Origin: Macrostomum lignano
Lineage: Eukaryota
DNA: 64,000 nucleotides
Assembly: GCA_002269645.1 (NCBI GenBank)
Contig: NIVC01002705.1
Coordinates: 1-64,000 of the forward strand
Reading direction: 5' to 3'
The notes beneath the pieces were generated by a model that worked only from the letters and a program-made list of their open reading frames with translations, had not been told where the DNA came from and searched no databases. The position numbers and the translations under genes are program-made. Below, one piece after another: positions 50,161 to 63,518 of the stretch. The stretch's first letter is position 1, and each line of letters opens with the position of its first letter.

Positions 50161-51044
50161 GGGATGCCTACTTCGATGACGGTAGTAAATAGCTTTTAGA
50201 CAATAAAATACATTTGCGTACTACTTAAGATGTGTACATCCTGGCTATTGGAATCAGTCGTGCCGCAGATTGTGGATAAATTACACTTGATATTAAGACA
50301 CTCATATCTAATATTTTTAAAGCAGTCTACTTGAATATTTACAACATCTTTTGCGCGCATATTCCAATATTTAAGGCAAAGCTTTATTGAACTTTTGAAG
50401 CTATTTAAAACTATCATTAGAATAGAGCTAGTATATTGCTGGGCACGCCTACTTTTCTATCTATACTCTGTCGATAGGAAGATATTCATTGATATCCATA
50501 TAGAAAATGTCAATTTATCTTACTCTGGGATACCTGCCAACTCCAACATGTACTGCCTAGATGTCTTCCCTCTCAGATCCTGTTTCCTGACTTTGGCGGC
50601 AAGTTTTACTATACTGCTACTGTAATCCATTCTTCTCTTTGTCTCCGTTTGCTGTGATGTTGTACTATCTGTATGCTTTGAGACCTCTCCATTTTTGCTG
50701 TATTTTTGCAATTAATGATAAATATAAATGCTTACGTACCAAGCAGACATTTAAAAGCGAGTAATTCTGATGTTATTCGATAGTAATTTAGCAATTTAGT
50801 AATTTAGTAGTTTGATAGTAATGCGGCTTTGTTCTGCGCATATGAAGTGTCCTGCCAACTGGGGTCTTGCAGACAGTGCAACAGGTCGCTTGGACAGGTC
50901 AGGCCAGAGTCTATCGAATGAGCCAAGATCTATTGGCCATTGTCTACATGTATGTTCCTTGCTTCAATGTCTATTTATGGTCTACAACCTGTGCTCTATG
51001 GTCCAGGGTCTATAGGCTACGGTCTATATGTTCCCCCACCGGTT

Positions 51045-51740
51045 CAAGGTCCATGAGCTACGGTCTATGTTCCATGGTTCAAGGTCTATAAGCTACGGTC
51101 TATGTTCCATGGTTCAAGGTCTATAAGCTACGGTCTATGGTCCTTGGTCCAAGGTCTATAAGCTACGGCCTGTGTTTCATGGTTCAAGGTCCATGAGCTA
51201 CGGCCTGTTTTCCATGGTTCAAGTTCCATGAGCTACGGCCTGTTTTCCATGGTTTAAGGTCCATGAGCTACGGCCTGTTTTCCATGGTTCAAGGTCCATG
51301 AGCTATGGCCTGTGTTCCATGGTTCAAGGTCCATGAGCTACGGCCTGTGTTCCATGGTTCAAGGTCCATAAGATAGGGTCTGTGTTCCAAGGTTTAAGGT
51401 CCATGAGCTACGGCCTGTTTTCCATGGTTCAAGTTCCATGAGCTACGGCCTGTGTTCCATGGTTTAAGGTCCATGAGCTACGGCCTGTGTTCCATGGTTC
51501 AAGGTCCATGAGCTACGGCCTGTGTTCCATGGTTTAAGGTCCATGAGCTAGGGTTTGTGTTCCATGGTTCAAGGTCCATGAGCTACGGCCTGTGTTCCAT
51601 GGTTCAAGGTCCATGAGCTAGGGTCTGTGTTCCATGGTTCAAGGTCCATGAGCTACGGCCTGTGTTCCATGGTTCAAGGTCCATGAGCTACGGCCTGTGT
51701 TCCATGGTTCAAGGTCCATGAGCTACGGTCTCTGTTCCAT
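51045..51740. repeat. 35-bp minisatellite (gctacggcctgtgttccatggttcaaggtccatga)
   Basis: About 20 tandem units. Confidence 0.96.
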
Positions 51741-52617
51741 GGTCTATGGCCCACTGGACTCTGTCTATGTTCCTTAGTCCATAGTCCATGGTCTGTGATC
51801 TACCGGTCAATGATGAAATGTGTTGGTCTGTCGTCTATGGTAAGTGATCTGTGCACATGATATGAGTATTAGCCTCGTACATGGCTCATGGTCGATGATA
51901 ATAGTTAAAAATCCAGATAATCACAATTAAGTCGAAACTGAGATTAGGATGCAAATTGCAAAGCCAGTCTTTCATAAATATCGCTACAGTGTGTTCTATA
52001 AGGCTAAATGGACGCGCCAAGCTTATGGAAGGGACCGTTGACAGTGCAAGGCCTGCAATCTTTGGGTTGGGAGGCTTATTGACTGAGACAGAGAGAATAT
52101 ACAAACACAAGCAGGCACGCGCAGGGTGAAGGAAGTACTAGGTAAAAGAAGGCATTGGCTAAGATCTAAACAAGCAAGACATCGCCGAGTGTCTCTGGCA
52201 TCTAAGTAGCGTTAGATCCAAGCTAAGTAAGCGGCAACAAGGCAGAGGGCAGCCTCTGCAACGTCGGAATCACGGCTCCCATGGCTGTGTTTGCTCAGGC
52301 TTTTTACAGGTATTATTGGCCTGTCGGCTCTGTCAGCTGAAATAAAATCTGAAGCCCTTTCGGCGTCAAGAATCCGAGGCGAAACATGGCTTTTTTTATG
52401 CGCAAAGTTCTCTACTAATAGTACTGCCGAAAAATCATTATGTTTCAAGCATTGAACAAACCGATTAAGATAGTCATGAAGAAGGTCCTGAAGAGGCAAG
52501 ACAAAACTACGCTCGTAAATATAATAAATGGTTGGATAAAAATAGTCAAACAATTTTTTCTGCCAAAACAATTGCATTAACGAAAAGTTTGAAATTGTTT
52601 AAACAAAGCAATTCATG

Positions 52618-55600
52618 TCAGAGGCAGGTACAGCATCGGCGGGGTTGCGATTCCGTCGCATGGGACTCAGTTTTTGACGAATCAGGGGTCGACAGCTCAG
52701 ATGAGGTTGAGCCGGGAGAGTTTGATTCAGTTGGGTCAAGCAGCTCAAACAGCATAATGGGCGCATTGTGCGTGAGAACCAGAAGGTCCCGCCCGGCCTC
52801 ACCGATCAGGCAGAAGCCAACGGGGTCTGACTCAAACAGGTAGTTAGCAACGCGACAACCGTCTGATATACGGTACACCTGAGCAAGATCGGGCAATGAG
52901 GTGCAAAACTGTGAAGATCCGAACTCTACACCAGTATCCGGAATTATAAGTAGTAAAAACTACAAATTTACTAAATCTCACTTGCAAGCCTCGAGGTGGA
53001 ATAACTGCGAACATGTCCGAATTGTTCATGGATTCGTCATCGAATACGGCGAACTCCACCTCGTAGGCGGGAAAGTACACCTGGCCAACAAGCAGGCTGC
53101 AGTCTGGGGTGGCCTGTAGTCTGACAAAGTAGTGGCCTGTAGTCTGACAAAGTACAAGTCCTCGTCCTGGCTGAGACAGCGGATCACTTCGCCTTTCATG
53201 TAGTCCACAATCTGAAGCTTGTAGTTGACCAGGTGCTGGTTGTCGTGGAGGAAGGCCACTGCGGGTCCCATGTCGAACACTTTGCCGATGGAGTGCTGGA
53301 ACTGCATCTCGCTGGTCGGATTTCCTTTCTCCACGTCGCTGTAGTCGAGGCGCACAACCGCGCCGAGCCAAATCGGAGGAACTCCGACGCCGACGCGAAT
53401 CTCCTCGGACGCTTTGAGGTGTTGGCTGAAGGCCAGGTTGAGCGTGCACTTCTCTGGCAGGAACTGAATGTCGACGAGGTCGTTTCTTTTTGACATCCGC
53501 TTGTTAATGAAGTCCGCTATCATTTCTTGTCGGTTTTGACTTGTAAAGTCCTGCCGCGTTTCCAAATTTCCATCCTCTGCTTCATCGGCACGACTGGTAG
53601 CTTCAGATGGAAATATTATGTGGTTAAATTTTTTCATGAAGCTTTTTGATAGTACTTTGTCAAAAGAGTCAGTACTTAGTCCAAATTGGTCGCTCAAATC
53701 GGAAAGATTGTACCTGCACCCTCTGAGAGTTGTGAGTCTGATGACTGATAAATAGCTCTCTTTAATGTCCTGCAGTGTAAGCCTAATTGTAATTAGCAAC
53801 TTCTTCGCTTCGTTTATAAAGACAATGTCTAGTATGTTGTCTTCAGACAAAATCGGCGATTGAAGGAACTTGGTATTCATCATATTAGCTTTTGCTGTCG
53901 TCTGAAGGGCGCAGCGTTGCTGTTCCCTTGTGGGATCCTCATTGGGATGCTCTGAAGCAACAGTAAATCGAACTCCAAATACATCTTTGCTCTCATTCTT
54001 AGACTTCGGTTGTTCGTCATTGGCACCGAATAACGACTCAATCAGATCAGAATCGCGTATAACAATCGTCGTGACCTCTCTTTGTCCGGGTCGGCAACGA
54101 ACTTCAATTTGGGGCTTAGTGGAAAGGACGCACTTTTCTTCATCTTGATCAAGCGTATTCGAAGACTTTTCGCGAATGTTTATACTAATTGTCTCCTTAC
54201 CTATGATATCGACTTCGTATTTGTTAGTTAGCGATACAGCGCAACGTGCTTGCCTTCTCTGGGTAAATTTTGGAAGCATGACGGCAGACTCCTCTCTAAT
54301 TGACGCATCGTGAAATGACTTAGTGTTGTACACCTTAGCCATGATGTACATTCGCTCGTCAGTGTCACCGGCCGACTCATCGGGAAAATGGCAGATGGTA
54401 AAAAAATCGGTACCCCTTGGCTGACCGGATAAAAAACTCTCAGCCGATCCCATTCGAATGCCTCTGATGAGTTCACCTGATTCAACTGACCAAACTAGAA
54501 GCAGAAATTTAGTGCCAGAAGTAAATAGGAGCTTTTCATCTTCCGTAAATTTTGCTTGAGTTCCGTCACCAAATGCCGAAACTGCAGATTTAAACTCGCT
54601 GTTTGCCTGAGTAATCCTCAGTGGAGTCGCCTTTCGCGCTGCAACATCGAATATGACTCCCCGAATTGGTTCCTGTTGCGCGTCAGTCAATTTGGCTCGC
54701 TTTTTCAAAAGAAAGGCTAGCCTCTCTCTGGAGGCGCTTGCAAAGTTTTGCGAATATTTCACTTCGAGAACAGTATTCAAATCTATTATGTGAACAGGTT
54801 TGAGAGACCCACAAGTAGAAAAAACGACGAAAAACGTTCGCGACTCAACATCTCTATTATTAGTCTCTCCAGTGGCAGTTATCATTGCGACAATATCTCC
54901 TTTGGGGCCAAAAAGGCAAGCATTTGCTCGAATTTTTTCGGCACTTAATAGTAGATTTAAAGAGCTCGAGTTGTCCGACACAGCTTTTGCAGAGCTTGAC
55001 CATGAGTCCATGCGCCACATACGTTTAAGATCAGCTTTGTCCATGGACTGGAAATTTTCAGAAAAATATAACCGAGAAGTCACTCTAGTCACCAAATTCA
55101 TAACCACCAACAATGAAGACGCCTTATCATTTATCTCCAAACAGAAGCACAACAGATTGCTTTTGCCGTCGAGGTTTTGGGTGCCAATATTTGAAGTTCC
55201 ACTTGTCTCTTCGTCATAAAGAGTAACGAACTTCTTCTCTCCGAGTGACAGCAGTCTAAGAGTGCTTGTTCCCATTGAGTCACTCTTTCCCTTGCAACAA
55301 AGCACATAGTCCTTTGTCACATATTCTACGTCATCAGATGACACACTCCATGATGGGTCCAGAGTCATCAGTTTCGTCACCCTGCCGTTCATGAAGTCGA
55401 CTCGAACGAGATCTTGCGACTTCTGCGCCTCTTCCTCTCCAGATATCATCTTCTTCATCATCCCGTCTACGTCCAGCTTCTCCTTGATGCTGTCTGGAAT
55501 CTCTCCAGCGTTGAGCGATTCCATCATGTCTCGCAGCTCTTGCGGCACATCCTTGTTGCACGCTTCGTATTCTTCGATCTCTTCTTGGATCTTCTTCCGA

Positions 55601-58600
55601 CCCATGTTAAGGACAAGCGCCTGCATGTCGTCCTCGGTGACACCGGCATTCTTCGAGCGCATCGATAGCACGTGCATTACGCAGTCGCCTGGGATGTATC
55701 CAGTCGACATGTACTTCATGCTGAGGAACAGGTTGTAGTCGGAGCTGAACCGTTTGATCTCATTTCCCTCGATGTCGTACCAGGTGACTTCGTTGTTGAT
55801 GAGTGAGAAGGACACCAGCTGACCGTTGGGCATGACCAGTCCCATTCCGAGTCCGAGATCAAAGCTGGAGTAGAGAACTCCAGACCCGGAGTCGAAGCAC
55901 TGCACCTTCGGGATGAGGCAGCAGTTGCTGAGAGCCTGTTTCGACTGGCGACACTGGTTGAGCAGCAGCTTCACTCGAGGACAGTCCTTCTCGTACATGA
56001 TGAGCCGACCGATGAGATCAACGCTCAGATTGACAGGGTCGTATACGAGACTCTGAGCGGAGAGTCGGATTGCATTGTACACGAGCTCGGCCTCTTTGAT
56101 GTACTCGACACCGAGCTTCTGCGGGAGGTCGAGGTCTCTTAGCAGCAGGTACCGAGACGTGCCCTTCAGCTTGTTGAACATGAAGTCGTAGTCAAACACA
56201 ATGTAGTCGCAGAACTCGTTCACTCGACCGGACTTGATGAGGTGCCACGGCAGCTCGTTCAGCTTTCGCAGGTTGTACTGAGCAGTGCCGTCCTCATCTT
56301 TGCGGAGCACGAATGGCTGCTCGGGAACGGCTCGGTCCTCCATTGAGAACTCGGGCAGGTTCTGGAGGGGAGCAGTGAGAACGCATTGAAGGCGGTTCAA
56401 AGAACAGATCAACTGCAGCGGTCATCACTTACGAGCTTCTTGCGCAGATAGGCTGGGTACACGAACTTCTTTCTCCTGCCGCTCCACAGACCCAAGAAGT
56501 AGTCTGCCATGATGGAGTGAATGTCCCGTCTGGTCTTTTCGTCCGACAAGAAGTACTCCTGAGCCACCTCGATGAACTGTCGGTGGTACCAGAACACTAC
56601 CCGGATGTTGTCCGCCTCTCTCTCGACCAGGTAAGAGCCAATGTCGTGACGCAGTCGAGCCCAGCAGATCGGCGGGATGCGGATGAAGGGCGGCAGGTGA
56701 TGCTGAAACACGTCAATGAGGACGGCGTCATCCAGACTGAGCAGATCCTCCAGCTCCGACTCTGACAGTCCGTTTCTCGATGCAGTGATGAATGCCAGGG
56801 CGTGAGAGGTCTGGAAAAGCAAATGAGCAGAAAGAGTCATTCTGACAAAGAGAGATAAGTGGCGGATAGTTGTGGGTTTTTCACACTAGCCTGGGCTACA
56901 GTAACTAACACGAAGTACTTACAAAAAGCCTGCCGTGCTTCAACTCGAGTTTCTCGAACAGCTGAAATATTGCCTGACGAACGGTGTAGCGCAGAGACGA
57001 CTCATCTACCTGTTGGTAAGAGCGCCATCTCAGAACCTCGTGGTACAGCAGGTGAACATAGATTGGCAGTGAGCACTTGGAGAATGCCTGCTCGACCAGA
57101 GCCCATTGCTGCTCGTTCAGAGTGCGACCTTGTTCGCTGAGCAGAGCCGACAAAATGCTGGTGCACAGACTTGTCTCCATTGGCGTCACCTCCACGTAGA
57201 AGTCTGGGTTCGGCAGCTTCCCTTTGAATGTCTTCAGCAAGTCGAACATGTTGGGCAGAGTGGCCACAACCATCTTCACGTTGGCAGGCAATGGCGTCCG
57301 AACCCACGTCAGATGGTAGGCACCGTCAGAGCTGTCCAGCTGATCAACACTGTCAAGGAATACCAAGATTCTCCTAAACTGGCCCATGCGTTCGAGCATG
57401 GAGTAGAAGGTGTTCAAGATCTCCTTGAAGTCGTCGAGTGACTCGCACTTTTCCTGGTCGTCCTCGTTGCCGAACACAGCGAGCTGACGGCACAGATACT
57501 TGAGTGTCTGTCGAATGCTCGACGTACCGGGACTGGTGCCGAGGAATCGCAACAGCACGATGGCATCTTTGGAATCGGACTCTGGCAACCAGCTTCGCAC
57601 CAGACTGGCGGCCTTGCCAAGTAGAGAGGTCTTGCCGCTGCCCGAGTCGCCGTACACCACCAGAGGCTCAGTTGTGTTGCTCGCTTGCACATAAGCTTTC
57701 ACCTTGTCGATGATCTCTTGCCGACCCTGGAACTTCTTCACGTAGTTGACGCATGCAGTCGAGTGCTGCAGCACCTCCGAGTAGAGGTCGTCCGATCGGA
57801 GCCGCATGCTCTCCCGCACGGATTCGGCCACGAGGCGCTTCACATTATCGCAGTAGTCGCTGCCAAACTTTTCCAGATAGTCTTTGTGGCTACTCATGCC
57901 CACACCCTCAGCGTCATTGGTCCATTTTAGTGAGTAAGTGAAGGAATTGGATCCCTCCATTCGAGTCAGAACGTGTCTGTTCAACTCCTTGACCATCGCG
58001 TTCACAGCTTCATCAAGAACCTTTACTGCCTCGCCATCTTCGTTCACAGAGTCGGTCAGGTCGATGAACTTGAACATCTTTCCTCGAGAGAAGTCGCGCT
58101 GAGACTCCAGATCAGAGAACTCTCTCACGAATGCGAGAGCCTGAGCCAACTTTTGCGGAGGTTTTGACAATATTCCGCTGATCACCTCCATCTCGGTGAC
58201 AGAGGCCGTGAACTTCTTCATTGTCGCGTGCGAGATCAAAGTCTTTTGAAGACACAACTCGGCACCTCTCTTCATGAGTCCGATGATGGAGTCTTGGACG
58301 GCTTCCCACCGCTGTCGAGCAGCTTTCAAGAGCTCCTTGTCCGCCTGGAACAATGAATTACGAGATTAGAGGTTATTAAATTTATCCTTTTGCAAACTCT
58401 GAAAAACAAGCGCTGCATTAATCGTTAAAAATCACACTTACCGCCTCTGCTAGAGTTGCAATAGGTCTCAGCACGCAGATTGGTGGCTTGTTGTTCTCAT
58501 CGATCGTGTACCACTCGTGTAGACACGAGACGTCGCGTCCGTCCTCTTTCAACGCTTCCAGGATGTTGTTGAACACGTCGACCGCGACAAGGGCTGCAGG

Positions 58601-59222
58601 TGGCTGGTTGCCATAGCGCTGACCCAGCAGACAGATGAAGTAGGGGCCGGCAGACATGATGAGCGAGTTGTCGATCTCTTGGTAGCACATGTACGGACCC
58701 TGGTGGTCGAGCTGTACCTCGTCACCGACTCCCCATCGCATGTCGATGGTTTGAAACTCGAGTCCGAAGGAGTCACGGCAGAACTTTTTCAGCCTTGGAT
58801 TGACGTGCTGCATGAGGTAGTTGCGCTCCGTTCCCATGTCCGAGAAGGTGGACGACAGGAAGATGCGCACGACGCGGCTGTTCATGATCGGCAGGTCGTC
58901 CAGACGGCCTTTCAGTACATGTCGGTACAGAATAGAGCTAGATGGTCCTTGTTTACCAACTTGTTTTTCTTTGGCCGAATGAAATGGTTTTAAAAGCCAT
59001 TTTCCTTTTTTCGAAGCCTCTGAACATACAATTTCAGAACCTTTCGATGTGCGTGACGATTTACTTGTACTAGATGATGAATCTGAAGATGCACTTGTTG
59101 AAGAGCTGGTATCAGACAGCACAATGGCATCTATTGGGCTGGCTGTCTAGAGTGGGGGATTATTTTGGTAGTTATACATGTATGCACACTTTGCAGCTAT
59201 ATCATTTCGATATACTAACCAT
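52618..59222 (-). CDS. NWD-type STAND NTPase copy 3 (inverted, chimeric); exons 59222-59220 (candidate ATG-only), 59146-58442, 58344-56923, 56810-56433, 56361-52982, 52878-52618; 23-bp duplication frameshifts exon 5
   Basis: Same motifs and intron positions as copy 1. It has a unique Ser-rich N-terminus, a diverged central segment (~55230-53480) and a unique tail ending RRCCTCL-stop. Confidence 0.85.
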
Positions 59223-60325
59223 GTGAAGATTACTGGTTCGATTGTGTGATTGTTTAGATTGACATAATTAAATTAAGTATCTGCACAAACAATTACCTAC
59301 CATGATGCGATTTCGTTCAGTACTCGTAGTATTTGGAAGTTTTCAATCGCTGTCACGCAGCAGAATTGTGCTTTAGTGTAATCCTCGGCATGGGCATACC
59401 GCCGTACCGATTTAAGATGCCATGCAACTAAGCAATCTTGAGATCGCGCGTAGAGCTACAATTAATGCACTTCAATGGTCTACTTGGTATCGAATTGACA
59501 CCCTGCATCGCCGCTAGTTTAATAGGTTATATACAGTGCGAAAAAAATAAATCAACATAAATATTTTCGTGGGAAACGTCTCATTTAAAGCTTGAGAACA
59601 ACAGCTTGAATGGCGCGTCAACAAACCTTTTATGTTTGAGAACGAACGCTCCAGAGCAAGGCATTTTGCTGTTTCATGGCTTGTAACTTGAAGCAACGAC
59701 ATACGACTTCCCACGATCCGCTCTATGGACATCGCTACGAGTTTTTCTCATTTTCGTAGCCACAGCGTTACTTTCAGAAGGAAGCGCGCAACTTGTAACG
59801 CAATACTCGTAATCATTTAACAGTGACTGAAACTGAGGTCAATGAAGTCACGAAATTTTTGCTTCCACACACACAAAGCAAGTTGCAGCACAAGTAAGAG
59901 AAATCGTAACTAGCGCTGAGGGATACTTCGATCTTTTAATGTATTAAACTCTTAATAGTTCTTGCTTGCTGTACTACGCGTATTTCAAACCGAAGTACCC
60001 TCGATGGGCAATGAAATTTATTTCTTTTTTTTGAAAATTCAAAACTGCTCTGCAGTACTAGGCAAAATAATAATAATAGCGAACAAGAAGTGATTAGAGT
60101 AAAAATAAATGTTGGTATTTGAAGAAATGAAAGCGCGAAAACAAACTAGGCACCTCAGTTTAGACTTTAATAAGACTATTTGGCATGAAAATGAATATCA
60201 GTTACATAAGTAAGCAAACGTAACTTACAGAGCGTATCGTGGTGATATTATACGGTAGATCGCATGAAGTCGAATGCTCATGTCTGGATTACAGAGAGCA
60301 AGTTAAGCAGATAGTAAAATCAACC

Positions 60326-60951
60326 TCAAAGTTCGGAGTCTGAAGCTTCTTCAACAGCCGCATCCGGCTCTCGAATGGCAACAGACCTGACGCCATTCTT
60401 CAATCCAGGTGTGCCCATCAGCTTACCTGCAGTTGAGTTTGTAGGGCCTTATGAACTTTAATTTTGCTCCAGAAATCATATTTCTCTATTCTAACGTTAG
60501 TCCTCCAAAGTTAAAGCTTACAGGCAGCGCCCCGGCTAAATAAGAGTTAGATAGTTCGAAACCAGAAAGTTTAAAACGAAGGTAGACAATACGTTGCAGG
60601 TGTCGTCTATAAATTTTGTTGTTCTGAAGATCAGAATATCTCTTACGTGGGAAAAACCAAAAGACACCTGCACACCAGAGTTAGGGAGCATTGGCTGAAA
60701 AAATCTGCTATCCAGGACCACCTTCTGGAATGCAAGGGCTGCTGTGACAGAGAACAGATTGAATTGTTTAAAATTATCGACCGTGCTAACTCTGAATTCA
60801 AGCTTAGCATTCTTGAAGCGCTGCACATCAAAGCTCAAAATCCCAGTCTCAATGTGCAATTGCTACATAGTGGTGCGGGCCACCTTCTTAGGGTGTTTTG
60901 AGTTTGACTATTTTTTGTTGCGCGTACATTTTGTTGTTTTACATCTGTTTG

Positions 60952-61008
<57 letters not shown>

Positions 61009-61735
61009 TTCTCGCTTAACTCCAACCCCTAGTTTTTTATGTTTTTCGTACATTGTTACCCTCCCGTTTTCAATTTGACACTTGAGATAGTACAATCGTT
61101 TGCTTATTTATATTGAGTGTTTCGTTCAGTGATAAAATATACCCTGACGACGGCCCTAGTGGGTTGAAACGCGTTGGTTTTCGCCATAAATGTTGATCTT
61201 AAGCTTTATTTATTTGCTATTAATTAAGCGAGCAACTCTACCACAATACGTGATCAATTTTAATTGTCCCTCATGCTTTCTCCAGTGCGATATCTGCCTG
61301 CATCCGATTGTGTACTGCGTCAGTTCCACATCCCTGAGGAAAACTGATCCCACACGCGGCAGAAGCCTCACCGAGTACTCTACCGTGGAAGCGAACAATG
61401 AGCATCTGATCCGTAGTGCTACTCTTCAGAAGCACAGTGGCAAGCATGAGGCCTTCAGTTTGGGCGAACAGTTGAAACACAAATTGATCGCCGTCAGAGC
61501 CATTGCAGCAGCTCAGCAGTTTAACCTGGGACCGCGAGTTCGAGACTGGATTCTGTCCCAGCTGGTGGTGCAGCGCTGGCAGTATGATTTCGTAAACATG
61601 GCCGACTTGCAAAAATCCCAGCTGAATGTCAATTGACTCGCCGTCTGTGCCCCGCTCGATCGTGATGTCATCCGTGTGGTTGAGCAGATGGTCGGGATTG
61701 AAGTGGACCCGTCCCCCTCCTTGCTTGTCGGCCAT
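60326..61735 (-). CDS. ADISSP: C20orf27/UPF0687 (ADISSP) homologue, 154 aa; exons 61735-61372, 60426-60326
   Basis: RVHF, LGFLQVGHVYEI, AQTEGLM, VRFHGRVL and, after a phase-1 GT-AG intron, GKLMGTPGLKNGVRSV. These follow the family motifs VHF, VGFLK.LHRYEI, AHKEG, V.ARV and GTP.L..GV.CV (recalled, not searched). Confidence 0.8.
60530..61190 (+). mobile_element. 5'-truncated Penelope-like element (GIY-YIG endonuclease end plus 3' region with (TC)n), antisense within the ADISSP intron
   Basis: GVVYKFCC...SYVGKTKRHLHTRVREH...SAIQDH...FKII...LSILEALHIK.QNPSLNVQ is the Penelope-type GIY-YIG pattern. Boundaries are approximate. Confidence 0.85.
61141..61178 (+). ncRNA. Minimal hammerhead-ribozyme-like core of the Penelope element (degenerate)
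   Basis: acc-CTGACGA-c-ggccc-tagt-gggtt-GAAA-cgcgtt-ggt: core boxes, stem II hairpin, palindromic AACGCGTT stem III and a 3-bp stem I. The base of stem II has a C.U mismatch. Confidence 0.5.
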
Positions 61736-63518
61736 GGCTGCCTGGTTCTTCAGCGGGTCGGCTTACTTTAATGTTGGTTGAATCAGGGGGATTTTAAAAT
61801 ATTAAATTTAACAATAATTAAATAATTTAATACATAGTCATTCCTTGTGTCTCACAGAGTAAGCATGGGTGCAAGGAACTTCAGACGCCAAAATCTCCAA
61901 GAATTTCTAGAGAAGTTTCTCTTTCCAATTTCTCTTTCCAATATTTTAGAACTTGTACTTGCCTCCCAGCAAGTTTTTTAATCTATACTTATCGATTTAA
62001 TTAGCACCCCTATACTATTTAAAATCATTAGATTCTTCAATACTAAATAAAATGTCATTAAATTAAGCAAATAATGACATTATAATTATGCCATCTCATA
62101 ATCATTGGCCCATCAGTAAGTTGAAAAACAGATAACTATAAAATTTTTGCTCAAGTCTATAATATTTAGTAGGTACATTTATAATATGTTTATAAATTGT
62201 ATAAAGGTTCCATGATTCAAAATTTATTCATAATTATGAAACCAATATGATTACTGTTCTAATACTAAACTTGTTTAAAATGCTATACAACTATTTATAT
62301 AGCCAAAAACTTATGTTACTAAGTGGATAATTATACTGATTAATAAATTAGATGAAGTGATAAAAAATGAATCCTAAAAAATAAATCTTGAATTCATTTA
62401 TCTTTCATTTAACAGATAAAAGTATAATTTACATATGAGCATTCAATTTTATTTTTCGTATCTAATGCTTAGTAAAATGAACAAATAAAAGACGAGACAC
62501 GGAAAAGTAAGCATAAAGTTTATGAAAATTGAATGAATTCAAACAACCAAAGAGAAATAAGTAATAAACCATACTAAGTATAAAAAGTAAAAGTAAAAAC
62601 TTCTGTATTCTAAGCTAGAAGTCCTTCAGTTCAACGTAATTTTCTTCTAATAAAGTTTAAATTTTTAAAACATAATAAAGTATAGTTTGAAGAATTTTTT
62701 CCTTAAGGACGTCAAATTTTTATAAGCAATATAGGGGTGTTTCAACACAAAAAATTAATCTCGTGAGAACACCTGATCGTATATAAATATAATTAACACA
62801 CAATCGTCAATATATCAAGGTCTAGTCAAAGCGTTGAAAAAGTTTTAAATATTTTCCCATGCAGCCGGCACGATTGCGCGAAAATTAAATGTATTAAAAA
62901 AATACAGTTTCACATCAATCGACGCTAAAACTAGGCGCAGATACATGTAAAATATTTTTTTTATAATGAGTTACTTTTTGCTTGTAATACCAGCATCACA
63001 ACAAATACTATTAAAAAGTTTTTGTTATATTGGGTAAAACAGAAAATTCTAGTGGTTTGAAACCTTCTATGAAATACTTCAAGTACATGTCATGATGTAG
63101 TACTGTAGCTGAAACTTGAATTTGGGTTGCTCTGCGTCATTCAATTGCATTTATGTACCTTCTGGAAGTTTCTAGTAATTTATGTAGGCTTTTCTTCGGA
63201 AACCGCGAGAACCAATTTTAGCTGTTTTTACCCAATATTTTGAATTCATAACTGCAAACGAACCAAGACTATCGATACATAGTGAAAATAAGAATGCTTG
63301 GGAAGTTCTAACAAGCTTAAACAGTTACAAGACTCTCAAATTTAACATTTTAATCCCTGTTTTAGAAGTACTTTCACAGCCGTCGTCTCAATACTTTTTG
63401 GTAGATTCTAGGTAGAATTAGTTTGTTTCAAGAAACACCCCGATCTACATATGTACTAAATAATGCACAAATCAACCAGACTCCAGAGCAGACAGTCATG
63501 AATCCAACTGCTGTTCCG

